Under the pieces are notes generated by a model, which had not been told where the DNA came from, made no database searches, and saw only the letters and a program-made list of their open reading frames with translations. The translations under genes were made by a program, and so were the position numbers. A stretch of 64,000 bases of DNA, taken from assembly GCA_030324005.1 (NCBI GenBank), contig JARDVH010000031.1, positions 63,942,964 to 64,006,963 on the forward strand, written 5' to 3'. This DNA comes from Negaprion brevirostris. Lineage: Eukaryota. Shown here one piece after another: positions 21,738 to 35,299 of the stretch (the first letter of the stretch is position 1; every line of letters begins with the position of its first letter).

Positions 21738-24406
21738 GCTGTGTCTTAAGCTTTGAAAAGCATTCTGAGCCTAATGCAGCGGTTAATGAAATATTAGCTT
21801 TTAAAAGAAGACTGCTGTTTAGCTACAAATTTTCTAATTTATACAATTGAAACATTTTATTATCTCAATCATCCATACTGCTTTGATTATTTCTAAACCA
21901 ACAATTCGGAATCTGTTAATCCTGCTCCTTAGACACTAGTATAAGCATAAGTGGTTTGGCTGGAACATTCCTTGTGTTTTCAAGTTTTATCACATTGTGT
22001 TTTGGTACTGAACCTTGTATCCCCCTTTCAATTTCAACTGCTTTGCTGTATATTTTTAATAATGGAATATTATCTGTTAACTGAATATTCCAGTTGTAAC
22101 TGATCAAGGATCATGTGTAATTTTCCAAATATAATACCTGCTGCAATTTTCATGACTCAAATTCGCCTTATTACCATATTTAATATGCACTATACTTTTG
22201 CAATACTGCGATCAAAGTGAGGAAATTTTACAAAGCTAACGGGTCAGCTCCTGCCCTACTTTACTGAGCAGCGGGCTCCAAGCCTACGCAAAATTAATGA
22301 TACTCAGGGCAATCGAATAAATGACAATATTGATCAATCGAACATAGCATGTGATGTGCAGATGAGTTTCTCAGGGCAGCAAAGAATTATCTGACAAGTC
22401 CTCCATGGTTTGCTCAAAGGCCTCCTTTGGAATTGCAATTTTTTTTTTCTTGAAGCAACCATTAAAGTACAGTATCTACCAAAACCTTCAACTTGGCTGA
22501 CATTGTTTGCTAATTGGTTCCTTTCATTAATAGAATGTCCTGATATGAACCACCTTGGATATGGCAGAATTTTTCATAGTAATAATTAAGAGTTAAAAAT
22601 GTTAACTGTTAACGTGGCAGAGAAAAGAACCAAGTTATACAGCAGCCTTCAAATTTGAGGTGATAAAAGTTGCTGAGAACCATAGAAGCAGCGATGTATG
22701 CATTATTATTCACATGCATTTAGAAGAGATTCTTGACTAGCTGCATTTAGATTTGTTTATACTGTGTAATGTGCACCCTAACATCTAGATAAACTTTTAG
22801 GGAAAAATGTGTATTCAGAAAATTAGCTGTATAAATTGTTCTAATTTCACAAACCATGTTGCAACAAGAATTTATTGTTACTTTTATCTTTATTTTCCTC
22901 CTTCCTATGAATATGTCTGTATGCTTTAGTCTGTGTTGATGTATTATATTTTCAGATAATCATGTATGGGCTTCAAAAACCTGGACAAACATGCAGAAAG
23001 GTTGTTACTGTTTTCAAACTAGAGTTATATTTGAACATTACTTTTTAAATTGTTTAATATTAAATCTTACTGGTTTTGCCCTATTTATAATAAACTTAAA
23101 CTTGCATTCAGGTATTCACTTAAAATAGACTTTTTCTTCCTGGTTAAGCCTGCAACTGATGCTTCCCAATATTCAAATGTGACCCAGCTTTCAAAGAAAA
23201 TATCTTTTAATGATGGAAAGTGTGAATATTATAGGTTTACCACCTAATCAAGAATACTAATGCAAATCTACAACCCACGGGATAGTTAAAATATAAATCC
23301 ATCACGTACAAATATCCACTCAAAGTAATAACAAAAAGATCTTTGTCACATGGGTGTCAATTTATTTGTGATTCAGTTGGGTAAAATCTTGCATTCACAG
23401 CAGTCTCAGCAATTCGCTTTGTTTCATTTTAAGTTTGTAGATTTTCTTTATGGCATCCAATTTAGATTATCTAATCTTCAAAGTTGATTCCTGTTTAGTT
23501 GTGAAGTAGGCAGTTGATACAACAGTCCAACTTCTAAATTTGCTGTTATACTGCATTTGGTTTATGTGCATCATTGTATAAGCCAATAATAAAACAAAAG
23601 CAAACAATTCTGCATTCATTCTGACGATGTTGATTTGTGTTGGTGGACATGTTTGTTCCAATGATCTATTGTGACATCAGAGCATTAGTGGTTAGTTAGG
23701 CTATCCATCTGTATCTGAGGCTGCAAGTTTATCTTTCCCCCGGTAGTCTTAAAGCACTTCCCCATAGTGTCTACTAGTATCCCAGAAAATACGTGGTTCA
23801 TGATGTTAGTACTTTGTGATCCTTGTTTTTTTCCAGATGTACAAAATATAGGTGACTGCCAATGCTAAAATGCCAGTAATTTCCAGATTATTTGTGAATT
23901 TTTACATATTGGGCATCACTGGGGCACTCTGTCTCATACTTATGTTACTGCACGGCAGCCCACTTGGCTGTATGGCGTGTCATTTAGAATATTTGCTGAA
24001 CTGCATGTTTTTTATTTAAGATTATATCTTTTATGTATAGCTTTTTGGATTCCTCCCCCTCCCAGGAGTTTAAAACGTAAAAATATACTGAATTCCTATC
24101 AGAACTTTGCGTTCGATCAGCAAAGCATTTCTGGAAAGAGCCAACAATATTTTCATAATAGCGGTCTTTGAAAACTATAGCATTAAAAGGAGTTGACTTC
24201 AGTGTGCCTGTGTCCTTGGAGGTGGACCTTATCAACACTGTTAGCATAAAATATAAGAAGTGCAGCCTTTGTGAAATGGTGGTTCCTGTGTGGTCACATC
24301 GGACCTNNNNNNNNNNNNNNNNNNNNNNNNNNNNNNNNNNNNNNNNNNNNNNNNNNNNNNNNNNNNNNNNNNNNNNNNNNNNNNNNNNNNNNNNNNNNNN
24401 NNNNNN

Positions 24407-24835
24407 CTGGTTTGGAGGGTAGATCTTATGAGGAAAGATTGAGGGAGCTGGGGCTTTTCCCTTTAGAGCGGAGGAGGATGAGAGGTGGCTTAATAGAAGT
24501 TTATAAGATGATGAAGGGGATAGAGTGGACGTGCAGAGACTATTTCCTCAGGTGGATATAGCTGTTACTAGGGGGCATAACTATAGATTTATAGTGGGAG
24601 ATATGGGAGGGATGTCTGAGGTAGATTCTTTACTCAGAGTGGTTGGGGTGTAGAATGTACTGCCTGTTGTGATAATGGAGTTGGACACTTTAGGAACTTT
24701 CAAGCGGTCATTGGATAGGTACATGAAGCACATCAGAATGATAGGGAGTGGTACAGCTTGATCTTGGGTTCAGACGTAGCTCGGCACATCGAGGGCCGAA
24801 GGGCCTCTACTGTGCTGTATTGTTCTAAGTTCTAT
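24407..24835 (+). mobile_element. CR1/HER1-type LINE 3' end
   Basis: [37 protein letters not shown] plus tail 'gggccgaagggcctctactgtgctgtattgttcta'. Confidence 0.8.
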
Positions 24836-25204
24836 TTGTGCATTTTATGTTGACTGCCCAACCCAGAAGAAGTCATGTTGAAAACCGAGAAAATGATTTT
24901 TCTATGAACAGTTGTTCAATCCAGACAATGAAACTCTTGCAATGGGCATTCTGGAGTCCATTGATGTAGATTTTGACCTGACTCCCAAATAAATGGTACT
25001 GCCAGTCATTTCATTCCTACAAATTAGACGGTAGAAAATTAACAATTCATTAATTGCAAGTAGTTAGCAATTCTCTCTAGGCTAATTACTGCATCACCTT
25101 CCCCATCTTTTTATCTGCACCAGCATCTAATGTGAAATACAAAAAAAAATTATGGTTATGTTTGTCTTTCCAATATTATCCAAAGTTTGCTGAAAAAAGT
25201 TTGA

Positions 25205-25530
25205 GGTGACAGTGGTCAGCACTGCTGCCTCACAGCGCCAGGAACCCAGGGTCATTTCCAGTCTTGGATGACTATGGATTTTGCACATACTGTGTTTGTG
25301 TGTTGTGTGGGTTTCCTCCAGGTGCTCCAGTTTCCTCCCGCCGTCCAAAGATGTGCAGACTAGCTGGATTGGCTGTGTTGTACTGTTCCTAGTATCCAAA
25401 GATATTGGGTTCGAGAGTTTTGTGAGGTGAAAGCATTGGGAGTAGGGTGAGCCTGGGTAAGATGCTCTTCCAGAGAATTGGCGCAGATTCGATGGGCAAA
25501 AAGGCTTCTTTCTGCACTGCAGGGATTCAG
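25205..25530 (+). mobile_element. tRNA-derived HE1/V-SINE
   Basis: Head 'cagtggtcagcactgctgcctcacagcgccagg', V-domain 'gggtttcctccaggtgctccagtttcctccc…tccaaagatgtgca', LINE-like tail. Confidence 0.85.
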
Positions 25531-25896
25531 TGACTTTCCCGGTTGTAAACTGGTCTTGTCCCAACAGTTGGTCTAATCTGGCTGGTTGCCCACCGTAAAG
25601 GGTGGGGTAATCTAGTTATTCCACTTGTGCTTTACATTTATATTGTTGAATAAATGGGCATGGACCAGTGCTGATAAATTTTGTTATAAAAGATTGCACT
25701 CTAAACAACTACAGAAGGCTCAAATTGAAATTTGCATCCATTAAATAACATTTGACAAATCAACCTTCACTGCCTGCTTTGTGGCATTAAATTGCTGAAA
25801 TTGAATCTGTCGTTCATAGAAACAGGTAGAATTTTGTGTGATAATCAAAATATTTCCTCTTTTTCATCCAAAACCTTGTATTATTTTCCTGTCCAG

Positions 25897-26094
25897 CCCT
25901 ACCCAGAAGACCCTGCAGTTTACAAACCACTTTCTCAAGAAGAGCTACAGAGAATAAAAAATGAAAAGAAACAAAAGCAGAATGAGCGAAAACAGAAAAT
26001 CTCAGAGAACCGCAAGCATCTGGCCAGTGTACGCGTTGTACAAAAGAATCTAGTCTTTGTGGTTGGTCTATCACAGCGGCTAGCAGATCCAGAG
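25897..26094 (+). CDS. CNOT4: CNOT4 (CCR4-NOT subunit 4, E3 ligase) exon: coiled coil and start of RRM (198 nt); isolated fragment
   Basis: PYPEDPAVYKPLSQEELQRIKNEKKQKQNERKQKISENRKHLASVRVVQKNLVFVVGLSQRLADPE matches human CNOT4 as I recall it; ttttcctgtccag acceptor, GAG|GTGAGC donor, phase 0/0. Confidence 0.93.
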
Positions 26095-26149
26095 GTGAGC
26101 AAAAGAAAGTCAGGGATTTCCATTGTACCATTCCTGACTTTTCAAAGGA

Positions 26150-26520
26150 AACCAAAGTGCTTTGCATTCCAGCAAGTAATGTTGAAGTTTATTCCCTATT
26201 GTAGCAAATAGAGGAACCAATTTGCTCTGTGATGTCTCAAACAATGTGATAATAATTTGAGGTGTTGGTTGGAGAATAAATTTTGGGCATGACACTGGAG
26301 AACTACTTTCTCTGTTTTGTCTACTACCTAATCTTTTGCATTTGCCTGAGGGTAGAAGGAGGCCTTAGGTTTAATATGCCAACCAAAAGACAGCGTCGTC
26401 ATCATCAACTTGGCTCTACAACAAGACTCTACTAAAGAGTGTCGTCCGAGATTGTGCTCTGGGACTTGGGGTCCATGACCTCCTTGCCCAAATGCTGATC
26501 CAGAGCTGAGTGCTTTCTCG
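26150..26520 (-). mobile_element. Deu-domain SINE remnant
   Basis: 'tgttggttggagaataaattttgggcatgacactggagaact…ttaggtttaatatgccaaccaaaagacagc…gggacttg…catgacctcc'; similar to 62550-63185. Confidence 0.5.
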
Positions 26521-28587
26521 GCATCCTCACCAGGCACCTCAAATACTAGCAACAGTAAAGCACCCTGTAATATGTTTACTTGTAATGTCATGCATTCCAA
26601 GGGGATGTGTGATGGGAGTGTGTTTTTAGGAAATATTTGTAATGGCATTTTGTGTTCCACTTTTAACTTTAGCTTTCTCCATCCTCTATCTATTTTGTCA
26701 AATTTTCTGACTACCCATATGCAGCAATTTAATTCTAGCCAGTAAGTCATTCAACACAAGCATTTAAACCTTTTGGCGAGGGCAGGGTTCTCTGGAGCAG
26801 ACTGATCCATAACTTGTTTGTGCCCCTTTTTAAAAATTATTTGTTTTAAAGAACTACGACGCTGCAACACATTCTGGAAATACGCTTTCCTGAATTGCAT
26901 CAATGCTCGTTGTGAAGTGAAGCAGTGCAGAAGGGCTTAAACACAATGTAAACTTGTCTCTGCAAAGTGGAATAAATGTCATGCTTGTCTGTTTTGCACT
27001 CATGTCAGGTTTTTAAGACCCAACACTTGTTGCTCCAAGCTGCTATTTACCAATTTTAATCGTCCTTTTTGAAAGGACTTCAATTTACTGTCAGAAATTG
27101 ATTTGTAAAAGTCACAATCTTGACTTGAAATGATGTCACCCTTCTAACTGGTGTCTGGATGCATGGCAGAATTATTGCTGTACTTGTAACATTTGGCTGA
27201 CATCAATTCCAAGTAACTTGTATATTTAAAAAAATGTATTTTCCAATGTAGCATCATATGACAAGATTTTATGCTTTAAGATTTGTGCTGTAACAAATAC
27301 AAATCAACATGGACTGAATATTGATTCGTCAACAGCTAAAGAATTAACCTACGGAAAAGGGATTTAGCATTGACAAAACGCAACCAAAAATCCCATGTCA
27401 CTCTTAACGATTGTGGAGACTGCTTTTTAAAAGAAACTCCAACTCCCAGTTAATAGCAGAAGGATGACACAAGATTTCACTTATTACGACTTTTACTGTA
27501 ATAAAAGACGAAGATGTGATTGACTAAAAAGTATCTTTATACACTATGTATTTTAAATCGCAAAATAGAATATTCCCTTTTAGTGCAACCAAAAACACAT
27601 TTCATTGATACGCTTTGCCCTCCAAGTGGACACTCAGCTTCTCCAGAACGAGTCTTCGGTGATTCTTGGTCTCGGATGGGGGGGTGGGTTTACTTATTTT
27701 GCTTTCTGGTCTTGAGAACTTTTAATGTTTTCACAGTGTCTTTCAGAGTAAGGCTTTACCCCCAAAGCTGTTTCCTTGAGCAGGAGTTTAGTGACGTTTC
27801 CAGCCTCATTTGAACTCTCTACAAATTTCAATCAAAGAACAAACTCCCACCTGCATTTCTGAAAATTGAAATGCAACATCCAACTGTTGTAATGGCAACC
27901 TGATTTGTCTGTGAAGTTTTGGGGGTACCTTCAAACCAGCCCCCTCAAAGCCCATCTCCATGGCAATGTAAATCATGTGGGTCTTGTATTCTGCTAAATA
28001 ATGCTATTTATCTTTGAGACCCAACTCTCCATTTTTGAAGAAAATGGGCAGTTTAAAGCAAACTATTTGCAACCTAAAATGCCCAATCCTTCAGGAATTG
28101 GGAGCCCTCAGTCTATTCACTATTAGCACATAGACTGTTGCCACTGTGTCCAAGCGTAAATGCATTGTTTCGTTTGGAAGAAGGTGCAATCTGGGCCCCC
28201 TTTTAATGTGTAAACAATCAAATCCAGGGTTGCTGTCAGCAAACTTTAGACAAGATAATGTAACCCTTTGATTTAACCCAAGTTTAAAGATAGAGATCCA
28301 ATATATGATTCTTTCAAAACTTAATGGTTATGACACAGCATTTATACATTTACGCTGTGCTCGTATTAAGTCTCGGGCTGCTACTGGCTTTAACCAGATC
28401 TCTTCACCCTACCTCATCAATGCGGATCCTCCAGTGTCCTGTAATCCCTTCACTCAAATAATCTGAGCGTAATCAAATAGACTTGCAGTAACAAGGCACT
28501 CCCTGGCGACTCCGAGGTCTTGAACTCTCCACAAGCCTCATTCCATGGACTAGGGAATCTGTCCACGTCAGTCTGCTTGGTAATTAA

Positions 28588-28850
28588 CCCAGTGGTCAGC
28601 ATTGCTGCCTCTCAGCACTTGCCTGGATTCAATTCTGGCCTTGGGTGGCTGTGTGGAGTTCTCCACATGTCTGTGTGGGTTTCCTCCCACAGTCCAAAGA
28701 TGTGTGGGTTAAATTGGCTATGCTGAATTGTCCCTTAGTGTCAGGGATATTAGCAGGGTACACAAGTGGGATTATGGAGCTAGGCCCTGGGTGGGATTGT
28801 TGTTGGTGCACTTAATAGCTGAATACCCTGTTTCTGTACTGTCGAGATTT
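28588..28850 (+). mobile_element. HE1/V-SINE
   Basis: 'cagtggtcagcattgctgcctctcagc…gggtttcctcccacagtccaaagatgtg…ttggctatgctgaattgtcccttagtgtc'. Confidence 0.8.
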
Positions 28851-29363
28851 GATGAAAAAGTCTTTTACTTCTGCCTGGCATTGCAGCACTCTTTGTGGGT
28901 TGTCTTCCCTCAAGTCTGTCTGTTTGAAAATCTGAGTGTCTGTGCTCAAGAAGACCAGCTAATGCTTCCAGTGTATCCAGGTGCAGCTTCCTTGCAGAGG
29001 TTTTGACCTGGACCCTGTCCCATGGCAGCAAAGCAACCTGGTTTTATCTCCATGCAAATGTTGTAGAAGATCATATTTGCCTTTCCAAACGTCTCCATTT
29101 TAACTTAAACTGCCTCCTTCAATTCAACAGATAACTGTCTTATAAAGTCCTCCACAAAGAAAATGGGTGATACTTTGTTGCTGCCCTAATTAGTATCATT
29201 AGCAATGGCCAAAACCTTGAACTTGTCTGTGCAATTCATTTTATCTCTTCCAAAGCATTAAGTAGTTTTGTTTTTTCTGAACTGATTAATGCCTGGTTAA
29301 GCTTGTGCTGGCTTAGAATTTAAGTGACTGAAAAACACCAGTTGAACTCTTTCTTTCTTTCAG

Positions 29364-29450
29364 GTTTTAAAACGGCCAGAATATTTTGGGAAGTTTGGTA
29401 AAATACATAAAGTTGTCATCAACAACAGCACATCATATGCAGGTTCACAG
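29364..29450 (+). CDS. CNOT4: CNOT4 next exon, RRM part (87 nt); isolated fragment
   Basis: VLKRPEYFGKFGKIHKVVINNSTSYAGSQ; tttctttctttcag acceptor, CAG|GTAATG donor; directly continues the 25897-26094 exon in frame. Confidence 0.93.
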
Positions 29451-31479
29451 GTAATGTTGCACCAGTTAACAGTTTCTTTGTTTTTCTCCCTCCATTTGCT
29501 TGCCGCTTCTCTTTGTCTGACAGGAATGCTGGAGTGGATTTATGGTACTGGCGCAATTTTTTTTGACTTGACAGTGAACTTGCATTGTGCTTTCAAATGT
29601 AGTGTTGTCTTCTGGCATCAAACCATGCACCTCTGGCATAACATCTGACTGGCTACCTGTTGTACACAGTTTAGTAGGAATTGAGGATTCCATGCATGAT
29701 CTACTTTAATCCCCAAACTGTTGGGGATACTGGATCAAGAATGTGTTGTTGTGCCTTTTAAAAAATGTGTTTGATCATATGTTTATATGTCAAAACAGTT
29801 CAAGCTGAGATGTTTTGTGATTATAAAGGAAAATGTTGTCACATAGTATGAATGTTTAACATAACTGGCCATCTGAGTAGGTGAGATGTTTCTGGCTTCA
29901 CCACGGGATGATTTATCTGGGAGCCATTAAATAAAGGTCCATCAATTGACTAGTCCCCCTCAATGCAGTTGGTAATCTGAAGCCTCATGTAGCCTGATTC
30001 TATCAGTGCTTAAAAGATATGTGATCAGAATGTGAGGGTCTTAGAATTGCTTTCGTACCAATTGGCTGCGTGCATTGCAATGTGTGGAAACTCAATCTGA
30101 GCATTTGTAACAGCGGTTTCTGTTGCCATAATTTCTTTCAATGCCATTTTGTCCCGTGGTCAACCGTAAATGAACCACGAAGCAGGCAGTTCACTTATTT
30201 CAAGATCTAGTTATACAAATCATTAAATTGTTCTAGCAAATAAACAATAGGCTCTATTTGTAGCCTGCAAGAGGTAAGTTTGGCAGTATGACACATGCAT
30301 TTTTTAACTAAATTTTCACTAAAGTCTCTAACCATTTGGAATAGTATGCCCATAGCTTAACATGTTCTCATTCTGCAGACATTAAGTCAGCATCTACATT
30401 CTTAGAAATAATGGGCCTGATTTGCCCTTGCAAATGCATTGAATTGATTAGACTTTGCAGGTAGAAACTGAGCTCAGTTGTATGGTGCTTTCTTTGTAGA
30501 TGTATGCATGAGCTTAAAATATCTCCAAAATATCAGGTGATGTAGGTTCTGCACAGTTCTGCTTTGCTTCATGCTACAAATGAACAGTTCTGTGCAGTTC
30601 CACATTTGAATGTTTCTCCATGTAATTAAGTTACTGATGCATGTTTCCTACAGCAATTTTTAACGCTCCCTCATTTTAATTCCAGCAACTAAAGTGAGAG
30701 ATCTTTGAGATGCTTATTTTTGCCAAAAATTTATTTTGGCAAAAGGTTCACAAGCAACCATTTTTTGTTCCAATTAGCCAGGCTTGGCACATCATTATTT
30801 TCAGTGAAAAAACACCAACAAAGCTGTCTTTGTACATGTATGATCAGTATGACTTGCTATTGCTTGGTACATGAACACAGTGCACCATTTTCCATTGTCA
30901 ACTACTTTTGGTTGGATACAACAAATGGATAAGAATGGGCCTAAACCTAATTCAATGTAAAATTGATTCAGATATTCTATAAATTCCAAATAAGATACAG
31001 ATATGGTTTTGCAATAATGGTACCTTACTGGTAGAATTGGAATATTTTTCTCATCGGGGACCTCACTTTGGTGAATTTGTGAATGTGATTTTTAATTTTG
31101 TATCACAATTGGTTACTTCAGCCCTAATTGTCACTTAAAATAATTCACCAATTACTTGCCTTGTCAAAAACTCAGCTGCCTATTTTGAAAATGTGCATTA
31201 AATTCTGAAATACTTAAATTGATATGGAAATATTGATAGGTTTGAACGTCCAAAATTTGTAGAAAAATCTAATGACATAAGTATCATGATAAATTTGTCA
31301 ATTTAGCAATTTTGCATTTGTTCGTATTAATACATGAATCAGTATGTTGTTAACTGGGTAATAACACCAATGTTATTCTGGAAAAAAACAAGCAGTTTTA
31401 AATTGAATAAAATTGGACATGTGTAAAATTCTTCCCAATCTTGTTCAATAACTGCATAGATGGCTTAATTGTTAAAAGA

Positions 31480-32290
31480 AAACATAAGCACAGAAGTAGG
31501 CCATTTGGCCCACTGATTCTGCTCTGCCATTCAGTGAGATCATACAATCTAAAACAATCCTCACCTTTTTCCTGCCTCACTACCATAAACCTAATTTCCT
31601 TACTGATTTTAAAAAACCTGACCATCTCAGGCGTGAACATTTTAATGACACTACCTCTACAGCCTTCAGTAGTAAAGAAAAATCCACATTCGTTACCTTC
31701 TGGGATAAGTTGTTCATCTTAAAATGGGTGACTTCTTACCCTGAGATTGTCCTGTGGCCCTACACACTCCCACAAAGGGAAATAACCTCTCAGCATCTAC
31801 CCTATAATGCCCCCTGAAAATCCTATGTCTAAATATGGCTGTTTCTCATTCCAACTCCAACGAGTACAGGCCCAACCTACTCTACCACATAAGAAAATCC
31901 CTCCTAACCAGGACAAACTTAGTGAACCTTTGGATTGCCTCCAAAGCCAGGACATGCTTCCTTAAATAAGGTGACCAAATTGTTCACAGTATTACCGGTC
32001 TAGTACCTTGCATAGTTTTAGCAAGACTTCCTTATTCTTATAGTCCATTCCCTTTTGAAATAAAGGCCAACATTCCATTTGCCTTCCCTATTTGCTGACC
32101 TTGCATGTTAGCTTTGTGTGGTTTATACTCAATGACACCCAAATCCCCCTGTGCTGCAGCTTTCTGCAGTCTTTCTCCGTTTAAATAATATTCAGCTTTT
32201 ATTCTTACTACCAAAGTGCACAACTCCACATTTTTCTGCATATTCCATCTGCTGTTTTTGCCCACTCAACCCGTCTATATTCCTCTAGAT
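31480..32290 (-). mobile_element. CR1 LINE 3' fragment
   Basis: Reverse tail at 31480 and minus-strand ORF …YYLNGERLQKAAAQGDLGV…GKANGMLAFISKG. Confidence 0.8.
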
Positions 32291-34434
32291 TGTCATACCC
32301 ACTTCTTGCCTTCCCAGAAATCATTTTTTTGTTTCTTTAGTTTCATAATGTGCAACAAGGCAGATGTGATTGCTGCCTTCAGTGCTGCTGGGCAGTCTTT
32401 GGGAACAGGGAGGGGGGAATATTGCAATGAAGAGCCATTAAAAGATAAAAACCATTTATGGAGGGGCATTAAGTCAAAGATAGGAATAGCAAAAANNNNN
32501 NNNNNAGCAAAAAAGATAAGGATGGAGCTGACTGCATGTATGCTATTTCTAGGATTTTCAATGCTGTATGCAGAGAAAAGTGGCAAATATTTTCATTAGT
32601 TATGTTCACTTGATTTCCAATTTAAGAATCTTGCCTTTCACCACGTTTTAAACTGATTTCCATGCATGACTGCAAATAAATCATTTTGTAAAATACCCAA
32701 TGATTGTAATGTTGTATTGGCAATAATATAAGCAGAGGTTTGGGTGGCAAATAACCACTTAAGTTTCTTGTGTAGTTTAATACACTTGCTTACTGTGAAA
32801 TTCAAAAATCTTGGTTTCATTCTTAGAATTTAAGTTTTGATAGACGATATAGGTCTGAAATGTCATTTATATGCCTTGATCAGAATTGCACAGTGAGCAA
32901 ATCATTAACCATCCATTAAATGGCCAACAATGGTTTGAAAATGAGGATGATGCAGTGATGGAGGATAGAATTTGCAAATAGTAATGCTGGACTGTGCAGA
33001 CCAAATGGGTAGAAACAAGTGGTATAATTAGAAGCAGGAGGAAAGTTCTAGTTTATTCTGTCAAGAATGCCATTAATCTCAGTATAATTATCATTATTCT
33101 TGGATGCATTTTTAAAAAGTAATTTGACGAGTTGGATTCACTTTTCGACATACTGAGAGAAGTTCTGAATTAAATGAAATTTATGTCACAACTATATGAT
33201 AATTAGATTTCAAGTTGTTTTTTGTCATGGCTAACTGAGTGGACTGCATCCCCCTTCAGTCACCCTGAGGCACCATCTGGAAGTGGGTGGGTTTTGTTTC
33301 ATTACTCTCCCTAATCAAATCATTGGGAATTACTTTGGGTGTGCAAAATCTCTCGTACTAATTACCTTCTGAGAAACTTATGACCTGAAATTGTATCATA
33401 GACTTAATGGATTTGGAAGAACTTAATAAACTTATTTCTACAGTGTCAATATTAAATATGTTAATCCATCACACACAAATCATTTTTAAGGAGATATCTG
33501 TTGTGCTCAAATAATTGCTACTTTTCAAATTAACAATAGATGGGGATGTTTGGCGACATCAAGGCATAGTCATAAGTGGCATGCAAAATAAGTTGCATAA
33601 ATTGTGGGTGCATTCCAATCTCTAGTTGAATAAACATGCAGTTTTTACCTCTACAGCTCTGAAAATTAACATTTGATATCTATCGGAGATTGGATTGCCA
33701 ATTCTTTTAACGTTTAGTTTTTTTGCTAATGTATAGCCAGGACATTGATTATTGATAGTTTTTGATTTGTTAACATTCTTATTATCCTAATAAGACCATA
33801 TCAAAATTTTAAGCTCAGAAATCTTAGCCAGCTAGTTAACTTGCATTTGTTATTTTTTCTAAATTATTAAATGGCTCAACAGTTAGAAGCATAGGCATGT
33901 AATGTCAGGGAATACAGTTTATTTGTACCTGTCCTACAAACAACAAAAACAAAGTGCTGGATGGCAGCGTCTTTGGAAAGAAACCAGTGTTAAAGTGTCA
34001 AACCTAAATGGCGCTTTTACAGACTGTTTATTTGCACCTAGCAAGGTTCTACCAACAAAAGTAGTGATGACCACTTATTCACATACTGCTGCATTGAAAT
34101 CCCACCCTAGCTCAAGTCCCTGCAATGGAATATTCTGACCGAGAAAAGATTGCTACCATTGAAACATGCTAACACATCAGTAGCTACTTAAAGTTCTTGA
34201 TGTTTTGCTTGAGTGCAGCAAGAAGATGCTGCAATTGAAATTGGCACTGATTAGAGCAAGTAAAGCAAGGTCCCAAATAGCCTGCCAAGAATTTGTCCGC
34301 TCATTTGGCCAAGCAGTGGAAGTTAAGCGGAGTCTGCCATCTTGGATAATCTTGTGCTTTCTTAGGAGGTAGTTGTGGGAACGATGATGGTTGGAAAAAG
34401 AATTCTGTAAATTCTGCTATTCATGTCCCATCTT

Positions 34435-35290
34435 TATTTCATGGGATTTGGGCACTGCTTGCAACACCAGCATTTGTTGCCAACCTTAAATTGGCCATTG
34501 TGGAGAGCTGCCATCTTGTACCACTACAGTCCATATGTTGTAAGTAAATGTACAGTGCTTGTAGGGAAGATGGCAATATAGCAATCATGATGGTAATATT
34601 GTTGAAAGTCAAGCTCGTGTGGTGATGGTCCCATGCCTCTGTAGCCTCTTTTAGGTAGAGGTTTGAAAAGTGCTTTTGAAAGAAGCTTGTAGAGTTGCTG
34701 CAGTGCATCTTGTATACACTGCTACAACTGCATAGTGGTGCAGGAAATGAATGTTTCAGGTGCTGAACAAGTGGGATGCTTTATACTTCTTGAGTATTGG
34801 AGTTGTACTCATCTAGGCAAGATAGCCTTGGCTTGTGCCATGAAAATAGTGAATAGAATTTAGAAAGGTGGTGACGTTTTCACAGTTTCCAGTCTGGGCT
34901 TCTGTAGCCACAGTATTTAGATGGCTGATCCACTTTCAGTTTCTGGTCAGTGGTAGCACTTCTCGAGTGTGGGAGATTCAGCAATGGTAATATCAGAGTG
35001 CCATGGCAGATGATTAGATTCTCTTAGAGATGACCATTATCTCATATTTCCCTAATTCTCTGTGATTAATGCTAAGTACTTGCCATCAATCAACCAAAGC
35101 CTGAAATTGTCCAGATATTGTGTTGCATTAGGATATAGCAATGCTTCTGTCTGAGGAGTCAAGACTGATACTGAACAGTGCAATCATCAACAAAACATCC
35201 CCATTCCTGACCTTATGATGGAGGGGAGGCCACTGATGAAGCACCTGAAGATGACCCCACCCTGGGGAATTCCTGAAATCTGACTGTGAT
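34435..35290 (-). mobile_element. Old LINE fragment (L2/CR1 clade)
   Basis: Same terminus as 14150-14745; decayed RT-like text at 35130-35290. Confidence 0.55.
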
Positions 35291-35299
35291 TGACCTCCA

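Noticed and set aside
24168-24306. ORF containing KKCSLCEM, checked as a possible CNOT4 RING exon
   Set aside because: It does not match the CPLCMEPL…CTCGYQICRFCW pattern and lacks the other cysteines.
25205-25290. tRNA-like A/B-box sequences at SINE heads
   Set aside because: They are SINE heads followed by the V-domain, not tRNA genes; no complete cloverleaf.
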